This document shows, in pieces, positions 11,905 to 23,964 of a DNA stretch of 64,000 bases. The DNA is from Pelomyxa schiedti. Its lineage: Eukaryota > Protista > Evosea. Every line of letters starts with the position of its first letter. Within the stretch, counting starts at the first letter, position 1. A model generated the notes under the pieces. It saw nothing but the letters and a program-made list of their open reading frames with translations, did not search any database and was not told the DNA's origin. The DNA is taken from NCBI GenBank assembly GCA_020536535.1, contig JAHLWZ010000831.1:27545-91544 (forward strand). Direction: 5' to 3'. The translations under genes and the position numbers were made by a program.

Positions 11905-14027
11905 ATGATCGGGTACTTGGCTTCTTTCATTGTTGTTTCGATCACGTCTTTGGTGCTCCTTCTCGTCAAACTGTTCTTTGGTAACTCTCCCTTTTTTCCC
12001 CTGCCCCGTCCCCAACAACGAAGAAAGGTCGCCGACGAGAACTCACCGCCGCACCCAACTTGGTCGACCGCGCAGCCCCCGCGGTACCGCCAAAAAATGC
12101 ATCGGGCAAGGATCCCTGCCCCACAATTACGTCGGTTGCGAGCGCCGCGTGCCTCCTTACCCGCGAGGGCCCACAGTCGTCCCAGTCCGCAAGCCTCGGC
12201 CCCGTTTCTTGTGATTTGATCGACGGCGCCGCCGTGAAAAATGACGCGACCGTTTTTTCCTCTTCATCTTCATCATTGGATACCGTCAGCGAAATCCAGC
12301 CTGACAAAGCAATGCCTGATGTGAAGAATTTACCAACACAGGGTACCCTCACTGTGGAACCAGAACCAGATATGCCCACTGCAACGGAACAGAGAACTTC
12401 TGATGAGCCAGTTGTCATATCTGACCATTCAACCATTGTGACAGAAGAGGTGACCGCAAAGCAACCTGCTATCACAGAGGAGACTCCACTGTCAGTGCCC
12501 GTCATTGACCAGGCAACCCCTTCAATAGGTCAACCATCAGTGGCCCAGGAACAGTCTATCCTACTACCGTTACAACCAGATTCTGTCTCCGAAATACCTG
12601 AAACTACTCTTGTACCCAAAAAGCCACAAGAAGAAAATTGGGAAACAATAGTAGCCCAGCAACCCATAGTATGCGAGAAGCCAATTACACTAGGGCAACC
12701 TGTTGTTGTAGATAAACCACCAGTGATACTTGAACAACCTGTTATAGTCGAACAACCAGTTGAATCTCCAGACATCACACTAAAACCTGTACAAGTTACA
12801 CTAGAAAGTTCATCACAACAACCAGTGGATATTCCTGAAGAACATGCTCAAATTTCCAAAACCTTAGCACTCCAAGAACAACCCAAGATCGACATAGTAC
12901 GCCCACCTGAAGCCACCCTGATACTACCCATAAAAGATGAAACTGCTCTTATACTACCAACTATGAGTGATTCAACAGTTCCAAATTTCACACAGGATCT
13001 TCCTGCAATTGTCCCGCCTTTTCCTGTAAGTAGTGATCTCTCTGAAAAAGATCAACTGCCGCAACTACCCCCAAAACCAGTTCACACCATTGAGCCCGTT
13101 CTCCCTCCAAAACCAAAACTAATAGAGGAACCACCACTTCCACCCAAGCCAAAAATCTTAACAGAAGGAGAGGTAGAGGAACCTCCCCTCCCTCCAAAAC
13201 TAATTGAGGAACCACCACCTATACCGGCAAAACCAATCCAATCCATTGCTGCCCAAACTATTGTAGATAGTACACCTGACGATAAGCCTCCTCCACTCCC
13301 TCCAAAACCAGCAACCACTGTTCCACCAAGTCTGCCACCAAAGCCATCTCACTTACGCTCATACTCAACACCACAACAATCTATGGCAGCAAAAAACTGG
13401 GGTTCTGCTGTAACCTCAGTTGGAACAGCCGCAAAGCTGGCCAATAAGTCCGTTTTTATGCCGGCAGCCCAGCGAGCAGTGGCACCCCGGGTATTCTTCC
13501 CACTTCCTCTTCACTGTTCTTATTCTAAACAAGAGAAGTGGAGGCACTGACAAGGTTTAACTCTCCCAGAAAAGGGGAACTTGCTTATTTGTTTTCCTCA
13601 ACAGATGAGCCTTCTTGTCCAGTGGTGCCAAAGTGTTACCGCTAATTATCAGGATGTCAAAGTAACAAACATAACAACGGTTTTCCTCAATCCCAAACCC
13701 AAAAAAAAAAGCAGCCAGTAACAAAAAAAAACAGAGTTTCAAGGATGGCCTGGCATTTTGTGCATTGATACACAGTAAACACCCAGAACTTATTGACTTT
13801 GGTTCCCTCAAAAAGGAGAATGCTGCTGAAAACCTAAAAATTGCCTTTGATGCTGCTGAAACCCTTGGTGTACCGAAATTGGTATGTGATCCTTATCCTC
13901 AAAATCACACAACTAACACCCACGATCAAAACAGCTGGAAATAGAAGACATTACTGAATTGGAGGTCCCAGAGAAACTCAGTATGGCAACTTATTTATTT
14001 GAACTACAAAAAGTTTTGGCTAAGTAA
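11905..14027 (+). CDS. N-terminally membrane-anchored, proline-rich protein with C-terminal calponin-homology (smoothelin/MICAL/EHBP1-type) domain
   Basis: MIGYLASFIVVSITSLVLLLVKLFF anchor; intron 11981-12027 joins the long ORF; repeated PPLPPKP; spliced C-terminus LLVQWCQSVTANYQDVKVTNITT|SFKDGLAFCALIHSKHPELIDF...AFDAAETLGVPKL. Confidence 0.85.
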
Positions 14028-14139
14028 ATAGAAGCACAACTTTTCTTCCCATCATTACAATACAAAAAAAACGATTTGGGTTTTGTTTGTTGGAGGAGGG
14101 ATGGGAGCTGTTTTGCGCTCCTATTCACAACACAGTCCA

Positions 14140-16510
14140 CTAGCCCAAGGAATCCAATTCCTGTGTTAACAGTGACAGTCTCTGTGTTTCTTGTTCCTGT
14201 TGTCTTTTTAGTCTCTCCTGTGTACAAAGTTACTCCCGAGAAAGTGACTTGACAACTGTTGCATACTTTCAGAATGGCGTTGGGTGCTGCCTCCTCCTTG
14301 CTTTTGAGGGCCGCAACCTTTGTTTTGATTTCCGCAATTTCAGCAAGGATTGCTGCTCTTCTTTGTTGATTGGCATCATTCAGTAGTGCAACAACAGCAG
14401 TTTGAGGCTGTGGGCTTGGTGGGGGCTGTGGGTGTTGTGCAGTAGGTGGTTGTTGTGTGGGGTGTGATGTTGCATGAGGTGCGGGTGTATGAACGGAAGG
14501 ATGCGGTGTTGCCGCTGCCGTGGTGGCTGCTGTTGTTGTGGGCTGTGGGGGCTGCTGTTGTTGGGAGGGGTGTGGGGAAGGATTGGGAGTAGAGAGAAGA
14601 GCTGAGGGACCCTGGGGTACTGTCTTTGGTTGTAGTTGTATTTGTTGGGGGTGGTGAGGTTGTGCCTGAAGCTCTTGGTGGAGTGGCTTCTTAGGGAGGT
14701 CGTGAGGTGGTTCTGGATGTTGTGTTGTGGGTTTTGGTAGAGGTTGTGCTTGCACAGGTTTTCTATGCTGATGTGATTGGTTCTGGTGCTGCGCAACTGA
14801 AATGTTCACCTGTGGTGGCGACTGCAGTACGGTTTGTGGCTGTGAAGGCTGAAGTTGTGTTTGCGTTGGCGTTTGGGTCTGTATTTGTGTTTGCGGTTGT
14901 GGTTGTGACGGTAGGGGAGAGCTGGAAGCTGTGGGCATAGCTTGGGCTTTTTGTTGTTGTAGAAGCAGTCTTTTCTTCTCCTTTCGTTCAGCTCTCCTTT
15001 TTTGGCGTTCAACCTGCTGCTCTGGAGATAAAACATCTGTGCCATCACGGTGACGTTTTCTACCAGTATCAGCAGAATTGGGATCGTTGGTATGGTGTCT
15101 ATGCTTATGGTGGTGTGCTGGATTGGAATTTGGTGAGATTGGAGACTGGATGGGTGAGAGTGGGATGACTGGTGTAGATTGCTGTGGTGTAGGTGGTTGT
15201 GTGGGTTGTGCAGGTGAGTGGGGTGGTTGGACTGGAGATGGCAGTGGTCCTTGCTTGTATGTGGGAATCCTCATTACTGTACTAGGCGATTGGTTTACTG
15301 TGTGATGATGTGAGGGATGTTGGGTAGCATTTTGATGAGGACGGTGCTGTGGCTGTGATGCTGGCGTTTGCACAGGCTGGGCTGGTTTCGGAGTCTGCAC
15401 TGGTTGATGCACAGTAGGTGGCTCGTTTTCGGCTGGGTAATCGCCCTCTTCAATCTCTGTGAAAACCAAAATCAGGTGGGTAGGTGTACCCTTCAACGTT
15501 TATTTAGGTTTTTTTAGGGCACCTTCTGGTGGAGTGACCGCTTTGAGGATATCCTTTTCAATTCTTTCGAGCTCTTCTTTCTATTGAAGTCATGGGCCAC
15601 ACATAAAAGTGTCAGATACAAACATTTGGTTTAATTCTCCGGAATGTCTTTGTGTGTATATTATGGGTTGGAGGCGCTAAACCACTATCTGAAGACTTGA
15701 TTCCAAGTAAAGGACTACCGGGCATGTGAACCAGAAGCATCTGGTGCCTGCAATCAGTATAAAATGGGAAAAAGGACTGCAACCTGAGATATATCAGCAC
15801 TTTTGAACAAGGAGACATTGTCGTGAGTTTTATGAGATTCAATGATGCAGGGCAAGTCAATTAATTCCATTGGATATGTAACCCCGTTGATAAAGAAGGC
15901 TCCTGTTCTGCCATCATCTATACCAAGCCACAATCAATTACAAAAAAAAAAAAAAAAAGCAAAACAAAACATACAAAACAATGTTCTAACAATAATAGAA
16001 AATAAAAAGTAATAATAATAAAAAAAAAGTCATAAATAACAGAAAAAAAAACACAAATAAAAAACCAGAATCAAACTCGAGCCTCACGTTGCAATTCCTT
16101 TCGCCCAAAACAAACGCCCTCACCTGAGGCGCCACCTCGTCGGGCACCCTCAGCACCACCTGCTGCTCCAACGTGGGCCCGTTCCTCGCAAACTCGTCCA
16201 GGCTCGCAACCACCGCCCCGCCGCCGTTGCCTCCCCCTCCCCCTCCGCCGCCCCCGCCTCCGCCGGTCCCCGCCCCGCAGAACGAAGAGGACGACGCGCC
16301 CCCGCCTCCAACAAGCCCCGAGCCCCCGCCGCCGGCGGTCGCGGCGCTGGGCGCGCTGCTCGTCGCGGCCGACGACGGGGGCACTGTGGCAGCTGCAGTG
16401 CCTCCTCCTGGGCCACCAACGCCACTTCCGTGGATGATCGGGGGCGGCGGCGCGTGCCGACTCCTGCCTCCGCCGCCACCGTCGCCCTTTATCTTCACCT
16501 GTACTTGCAT
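14140..16510 (-). CDS. TAF7: TFIID subunit 7 with Gly-rich N-terminus and Q/P/H-rich insertion
   Basis: LEQQVVLRVP, LIDLPCIIESHKT...LFKSADISQML, SGLAPPTHNI..KTFRR (TAFII55_N); C-terminal APNAILK|ERL coiled coil; alternative start at 16675. Confidence 0.88.
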
Positions 16511-16746
16511 CTCCTCGCTGTTTCTGCTTGGTTTCACGAGGGCCGCTTTAAAAAGTAACACTTTCGGTTCCACTTGTGGGACAGAAAATGTTGAGGAGGA
16601 CTGTGCCCTGCCGCTGAAATAGGCCGGTCCCAGTTTCCTTGCTCCTGTGGTTCCAGGTTGTGGAAAGAAGGCCATGAGGACAAGGGGTGGTGTGCTTAAT
16701 CCGATTGCCGAATCTAGTGTTAATTGGGGGTACCGAAAAAGTAAAC

Positions 16747-17971
16747 ATGTCAGCAGCCCGTACCACCGTGTCTTCGGCCGAGAGGTCTTTGAAAGAGAAG
16801 TACCAGCTTATAAAACAAAAGAAACAGGTGGGGGTGTTTGTTTGACCTTGTTTCTTGGTTGTCTCAAGGTATATTTTTCCCCCCGCCCGCAGCTACAACA
16901 ACAAGCCACGAACCCCGAAGGCAGTGCACAAATAGAAGAATTCAAAAGACTCATTGCTGCCAGTGGCGTACACTCCGTCATAAGTGCTTAACCTGGGTTC
17001 TTACACACTACAGGGCGTGAAGCCGGCTGCTCCTGCGAGAGTTACGAGTGCCGGACTGAGGAGACCTCCTCCAAGAATCAAGCCTGTTGGTGTTTCTGAG
17101 GTTTTCTTCCACGCCTTTACGTTGCCAAAATTTCTAAGCATTTTTTTTCCTTTTTCTTTTTTCTTTTTTCAGCCAACTTCTAAGCATCCACGGGTACTTA
17201 CTCCTTGCTATGGTTTTTTTCAGGAAATAATTTTAATTAGACAACTGATGCTGCACACGTGCCTCCAACAGGGAGTACTCAGCCGCCGCCTGCTACTGCT
17301 CCCAGTGACTCGGAGACGACTGTTTATGTTGGAAATATGTCACTGGATACAACGTCACAGGATTTGTGTAGTCTATTCGAACCTTTTGGAGAAATTGCAT
17401 CAATCAAGATGATTCAAGGAAAAACGTACATAATCGTTTCGTGACACACCAACCGCGACTGTAAACAATCCAATTGAACGATACAAAAGGAAACACTCAA
17501 TTCACGAAGGTATTCATTTGTAAAATTTACTTCAGTCGAGTCGGCTCAGGAAGCGATTAAGACTTTAAATGGAGCCATTCTGAAGGGCAATACCATTCAG
17601 ACTGATAAAGCGTGGGTAAATCACCTTCTCACATCGCAATGCATGTCTAATTGTGAACAGGCTCAAAGAAAACTAACTCCAAAATGGCAAAAACATACCG
17701 AAGGTAGTTCCTCTCCATCTCCGCCGTTTTTAGTCTAATCTAAGAGCGTTGGATAGACACTCCGGCCACCGCGGATCAATCCACAGCACCCTCAACCACA
17801 CAACAAACCGAGGGCTATGCCACACAAACCACCCAGCAGAGCACAACAACAACCAGCGCACCTCCACCACGTGTAAATTCCCATGCCACTCCAACTACCC
17901 CACCAAAAAGGTCTGGAGGACCTCAAGAACCCACAGACCGTTCTGCTGTCACCTATGATGATTTGTATTAA
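16747..17971 (+). CDS. NELFE: RRM protein, candidate negative elongation factor E
   Basis: N-terminal SSAERSLKEKYQLIKQKKQ; EEFKRLIAASG...AGLRRP; RRM TVYVGNM...SFVKFTSVESAQEAIKTLNG; C-terminal DRSAVTYDDLY*. RRM is certain; NELF-E identity is inferred. Confidence 0.7.
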
Positions 17972-18039
17972 GCTTCCTACACAAGAACCATTTTGTTTCT
18001 CCCAGTTTCATGTAATTTATTTTTCGCAATTGTGTGCAA

Positions 18040-18788
18040 ATGGCGGCAGTAACAACGCAAGCGGCGAGTTTTGTTCCCATAAGGCTGCAGTTCGTGAGCT
18101 TTGGTTACAAGTACGAAAACACGCCAAGGGACACGGTGCAAAACTTTGACCTAAGAAAGCGCGTGCACCACCCTCAGGTTCGTAATTTTATTGGTGTAAT
18201 TTGCTGCGGAATAGGGTGGCTGGTTGTTGCCGCGATAGAAAGCGAGAGGCGTTTTCAGGTGAGCTGTAACTTATTATGGGTGTTTCCGTGTGTGGTGTTT
18301 TTTGTTTTTTCTACACCAGGGAGTGCGATTGAAGAATACAAATGGGCTAATGCAAGAGTATGCAAGGCTGCAGTTTGAGGACCCTGAAGCTGTCAATCAG
18401 TTCAATGATATAAAAGCCACAATTGAACATTTGGTGGCAGGTCACCTGCACGGCACCGGCAGGAATGAGGAAGATAGTGACGACGACGAGGAGGGAGATG
18501 AGGATGAGGAGGATGACGACGGTGATGATACTCCAACTATCAAGATTGGAATCGGTTGCCACTCAGGGAAGCACAGGTCCGTAGCATTTGCAGAGAGACT
18601 TGCAAAGGAGGTCAGTTTATGAACACCGCTTGGTTTTGACCTAACACTCACAATCTAAGGATTGGGGAGTTCCTGCTGTCGTTTTACACCAAGATATATC
18701 CAGTCACAGAGGAAAGAGGAGCACCAATAAAGCACGAAAAACAAGGCAATCTGGTAGGGACTCCAAGTGTGATGACACGAGATGGTGA
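18040..18788 (+). CDS. RapZ (YhbJ) C-terminal-domain-like protein with acidic insertion
   Basis: FVSFGYKY...NFDLR...IKIGIGCHSGKHRSVAFAERLA...VLHQDI resembles RapZ-CTD motifs SFGFKYG and IGCTGGKHRSV; 2 introns. Confidence 0.8.
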
Positions 18789-18958
18789 TAGCCCATCTCA
18801 TATACACAACCTACGTAATGTTTTGTTATTTGTGCATTTCAATCCTGACCACAGTCAATGTAATTGCTTGGGAAAAAAATCCTTACAAACAACTCAAATC
18901 TACTTCTATGAAAAACGGGTTTTAATTTTCAATTTCGGGTTTTAAAATCTGGCGGGTG

Positions 18959-20174
18959 ATGTCAGCGACGCCACTGTTGAGTGGCGAAGAGGCCGCGAGT
19001 GCATTTTCCTCGTGTAAGATTACGAATGAGATTTGCGACGCCAAAATGGTTGTGGTTGGAAACACTGGTTTGTTCCGTTTTTTCCCACCCATCTGTAAAA
19101 ACCAGGCACTTATTTTTCGTTATGCTTCTCAAGCTGTGGGTAAAACGTGCCTCATTATGAGATTGGCCACAGGTGTTTTCTTTATTTTCCTTTTCCCCTT
19201 GCATCAATGCCGCTGATCCCTTGGCAGGGAACTTTTCCATTAAACATCAACCCACTATCGGTGGAGCATACCTCGACAAACAGATGTATCATCAATTATT
19301 TTCCTTCTAACTTATCTTACTTGCCCAAGTGAAGTAGAAGGACATCCGGTACACATGAAGGTATCATGAACAATAATACTTTTTTAGATAAATAGTCACT
19401 TGTGATCAATGCTTGTTAATTTCCAATTATTAAGTTGTGGGATACTGGTATTTCTTCCTCTTCGAAAATGCACATCACTTGATGGTGCCTATTTATACAC
19501 AATGTACTCACATATCTAGCCGGGTCAGAGAGGTTTCGTTCTATGCTTCCCATGTAAGTAATCGTTGTTGTTGTCGTAGAGTCCTTACCAGCACAAGGTA
19601 CTATCGAAATACCCAAGCGGCATTAATTGTGGTAGGTAGTACATCGTATTTACCTGAGGCTTTTCTAAATGTTCCTATCCAAGTATGATGTAGCCAATAC
19701 ACAATCGTTCGATGACGTCAAGATCTGGGTTGAAGGTCTGTTGTCTCAATTAATGCCTCATTTTAATATGCACTAGAGCTCAGAAAATACACCGACGAAC
19801 ATACAGGTACTCGTGAATCCCTCTTTTACAATGAATTAATCCCTCTTTTACAATGAATTTATCTGTTGTAGTTATAGCTATAGTCGGAAATAAATCCGAT
19901 CTTGCAAACAGACTCATTTCACAGGAAGAAGCTGCAAACTATTCAAAAAGGTTTAGTTGAAGTAAGAATTATTTCTCACAACCCCCACAGCATAAATGCC
20001 ATGTTTGCCGAGACATCAGCAAAAACTAGCAGTGGTGTAGAGCAGCTTTTTGTGGAAATTTGTCGGAAAGTGATAGTGGAAACTCGGCGGAAGCAATCCA
20101 AGCAAAAAAGACTCAGCACCCCACCCCCAATTCCATCCCCACCACCAGAGGAAGAGGAGTCCACATGTTGCTGA
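18959..20174 (+). CDS. Rab GTPase, Rab5/21/22/24 group, ~11 small exons
   Basis: Spliced GNT|AVGKT, PTIGGAY, LWDT|AGSERF, YYRN, GNKSD, ETSAK; C-terminal CC prenylation motif. Confidence 0.92.
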
Positions 20175-20393
20175 AGTTGTCAGTCACACACCCTTGCTTT
20201 ATGTCGTAAAGACCCAGCAATCATTTCTATAACACTGTGAATAGGTGGTAATAAAACCAATAAAACAATAACCTTTGTGTAGTCCTCTCGGTGTACCTTT
20301 AGGAGATCAATTTCTACTTTGAGAACAAATCTTCGGTTGTACAAATTTCTCGGCTTTTTTTTACGGGTACCAAATAAAAAACAATAAACCGCT

Positions 20394-20578
20394 ATGGCAA
20401 CAGGTACGTCGCGTAGCCCACGTCGGTTTGGGTGATATGGACCTTTCTCTTTTTACATCTAACGGGGTATAGTGCAGGTGAATTGTAGGCCCGAATGTGA
20501 CCGCACTGTGGCACATGTGCAAGTGCAGACAGAGGTTGGAGCAAGGCGTCCTGTGAACATCTGTTGTAGTGAGTGCTT

Positions 20579-20613
<35 letters not shown>

Positions 20614-23600
20614 TTACTGGGGAGAAGGACTTATGGATTAATGGACTGTACTGTATAGTTATTGATGTATCTGGATCAATGAATGATGAAGCTGTTTTGC
20701 CTGGAAAAGGAGCCGATACGGAGTAGGCACTAATGCAGTTTTTTTTGCGTGTCACTAACTCTTTCAGGGTTCATGGACTCTCGGTACTAGACATTGTGAA
20801 GCACTCTGTGAAGACCATCATTCAGACTTTGTCTCCACATGATAGCATTTCTATTGTGTCTTATTCCACGAATGCTAAGATAGAACTTCCTCTCACGGTT
20901 ACTGACGATGCGGGGAAAGAAACCGCCAATCGTGCACTTATGGCATTGGTTCCAGAAGGCCAAACCAATTTATGGGTATGCATAGACCCTCCCCACTGCA
21001 CCTGTAACATAAAAAAGGAAGGACTGAAAACGGGACTTGATATTATGAGAGAAGCAGGACGGGGTGCCAGGGCCAGCTCCATTATGCTCCTTACTGATGG
21101 AATGCCCAATATTGTTCCACCTGGTGGGCATTTTGCTGCACTTGCTGAATACCGTGCAAAATACACCAACATTCCTGCAGTGATCAACACATTTGGGTGT
21201 GTAGAGTCTTAGAAGTATCTTGCTTACCTTTCATAGGTTTGGTTACACATTGGACAGCAAGTTGCTTATTGATCTTGCTGTCGAGGGAAATGGTTCTTAT
21301 GCCTTTATTCCCGACAGCTCATTTGTTGGTACAATTTTTGTAAATTCACTCAGTAACCTGCTTGCCACAATGGCAACTGAAGCACAACTGCTTCTTCATC
21401 CCCTGAATGGCGCAACAATAGTTGGAATACCTGGGATCACTCAGTCTTCAAGTGGAACAGAAACAGTTGATGATTCCCCTCACGATGTACAGCTGGACCT
21501 TGTTTTTATTGTGGATTGCACTGGAAGCATGAGTTCCTATATTCGCGAAGCTCAGCAAAATATCAAGTCAATTGTTACTCAGATTGTAACCTCAGAACGA
21601 GCTGACGTTAGGGTTAGTGATCCCGGAAATCCAAAAACGACTCACACTTTTTCAGTTTGGCCTTGTTTCTTACCGTGATCATCCACCACAAGATTCATCA
21701 TACATAACAAAAGTCTTTCCATTCTGTTCCACTCAGGCTGAGATGAAAGACGCAGTTGACACCATGTCTGCTAGTGGCGGAGGAGATGGCCCCGAAGCAC
21801 TGGCTACTGGGATGCGTGACGCAGCGAGATTGGAATTCCGCCCTGCCGCTACAAAGGTGGCTGTACTTATTACAGATGCCCCTCCTCATGGTTTGGGTGA
21901 GAGTGGTGATGGGTTCCCTGATGGCGAGCCAAACGGCGTTGATCCATTGGCAGTTTCCCGTGAAATGGCGGCCGCCGGTATTGCACTCTATAGTGTCGGG
22001 TGTGAACCAGCCATAGTGAGCTGCGGACGAGCTGTAGCATTCATGCGGGCGATCGCACAAATGGCCAATGGAGGGAAATACATTCCATTGAGAGATTCAC
22101 GCCTTTTGAGTACTGCCATTATTGGTAGCTGCCGTGAAGAACTGTGTCTATATCGCTCAGCTTTGGCCATTCTCAACGCCTACCAAGCAAACCACGAAAA
22201 CGTTGAAGCTACCGTGGCACAGATGAATAAAGAGGGTGTATTTGTGACAACACTCAATTTTGAGGACCCTGATGCAACAAGATACGCAAGTGAAGTGGAA
22301 GCGTTCATTTCATCACCTAATCTTGGGGAAGCCCGTTCAAAGTTAAAGAGTGTTTCGAAACCTGCCAGTGCTTCTGCAGGCTCCGCGACAGTCAAAGTTG
22401 CGGAAGGAGAGCCTATTACACCCGATCTAGTTAGGCGTGTCGTAAAGCGCTATATGCCGGAATATAGCAAGCTAGTAGCACAAGCACTCGCTGCTGAACA
22501 GAGAGCAGCCCAGGCTCGCGCCCAGGCAGCACTAAAGCGGAAGGGTCTTCAAGCAGATTCTCGAGGGTGTATTGTTCTTGATCACATTGGATCCCTCCAA
22601 TACGGGCAAACAAAGGACGTTGTAGTACTACTCGATCATATGCCTTCTTCTTCACCCTATCTGGAAGTAACTCTTCGCCATAGCACCACCTCTGCCGCCG
22701 CACACGAAGTTGCCGCTACCGGCACAAGGCGAGATGCAGGTGCAGAGTTGGTTCTCCAAGAATGCCGTGCAAGATTAGTGGATGTTATAGGACAAGCCAT
22801 GGAGGCAGTAGAAACTGGCAAAGGTGAAGCCGGCATTGCTGCCGCTCAGGATATCATAAAACAACTCGAAAAGAGTTTCCTGGAGCGGCTTGAAACTCTT
22901 ACACCAGAGGATTCCCCGAAGTTGGATTCCATGATACAAGATATTCAAGGACAAATCACCGAGGCAACTTCCCGCATTGATTGGTATACACGGTGGGGTG
23001 TTCACTTCCTGCCATCCCTTGCAAGGGCACACTCTCTCCAGCTGTGCAATAACTTCAAAGTATCGCATTCAAATCCTCAGAGTTGCATCTCACCTTTTTT
23101 TTTTTTTTTTTTTAAATAGGATCCTGGCGTACAACAATATGGTGGCGCCGTGTTTTCCGAACAACGCGACGCGGCCGAAGCCATTTTCATCAAGCAGCCA
23201 GCGCCACCGCCCTCGCTCCTTCCCCCCAAAGTCGAACCGGCCTCAACGGCAACTGCCGGCACTTATACTGCGTCGTCACCCTCCTATGAACCAGCGGGCT
23301 ATGACATGTCCTGCTACTATGACAGCTGCAGCGGCTGCGTGAGCAGCGGCTCGCTCGTTTTCCTGGACGGCGGCGCGAAGAAGCCCGCGTGCTGCATTCG
23401 CAAGGGCGACGTCGTCCTCACTTCCCTGAGCGGCGAGACGGCCGAAGTCAAGTGCGTGGTCAAGATGGTGTGCGAGACAGGCGTCGAGAGCCTCGTGCAG
23501 CTGAGCGGGGGCCTGGGCATTACATCCTACCACCCAGTCCACATCAGGGGCGAGTGGGTGTTCCCGTGCCAGGTGGAAAAGCCCACGTACAAGCCCTGCG

Positions 23601-23869
23601 ACGCTGTATACAGCTTCGTTCTGGAGAGCAACAGCCGGGGCTCCGTCGTCGTCGGCGGGATAGAGTGCGCGTCCCTGGCGCACGGGATTGTGGGAGACAG
23701 GCGGGAGCACGCGTACTTTGGCACCGCCGCGGTGACAGAAGACCTAAAAAAGGCCGACCCTGTTGGCTGGCAATCTGGGAGCGTGACCATTGGCGGGAAC
23801 ATGCGCTTCGTGCGCCGTTGCTCTGATGACCTGGTCTGTGGCTTGGTCCCTGTGTCCATTGCAGAATGA
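20394..23869 (+). CDS. Vint-type protein: vWA, inserted second vWA, Vwaint, Hint domain
   Basis: IDVSGSM and VDCTGSM MIDAS motifs; GSLQYGQTKDVVV, WGVHFLPSLARAHSLQLCNNFK|DPGVQ (Vwaint); SGCVSSGSLV, IRKGDVV, ITSYHPV, VYSFVL, HAYFGT (Hint/Vint). Confidence 0.9.
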
Positions 23870-23964
23870 AGCGTTGTTGTGTTGAGACCCAAGAAAGCAA
23901 AATAGAGAGTAGGTTTCTTTTTTTTATCTGAAAAAAACAAAAAAAAAAAAAAAGTCGAACGGCG

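Noticed and set aside
19817-19860. ~21-bp tandem duplication in a Rab intron
   Set aside because: Local slippage duplication with no evidence of function
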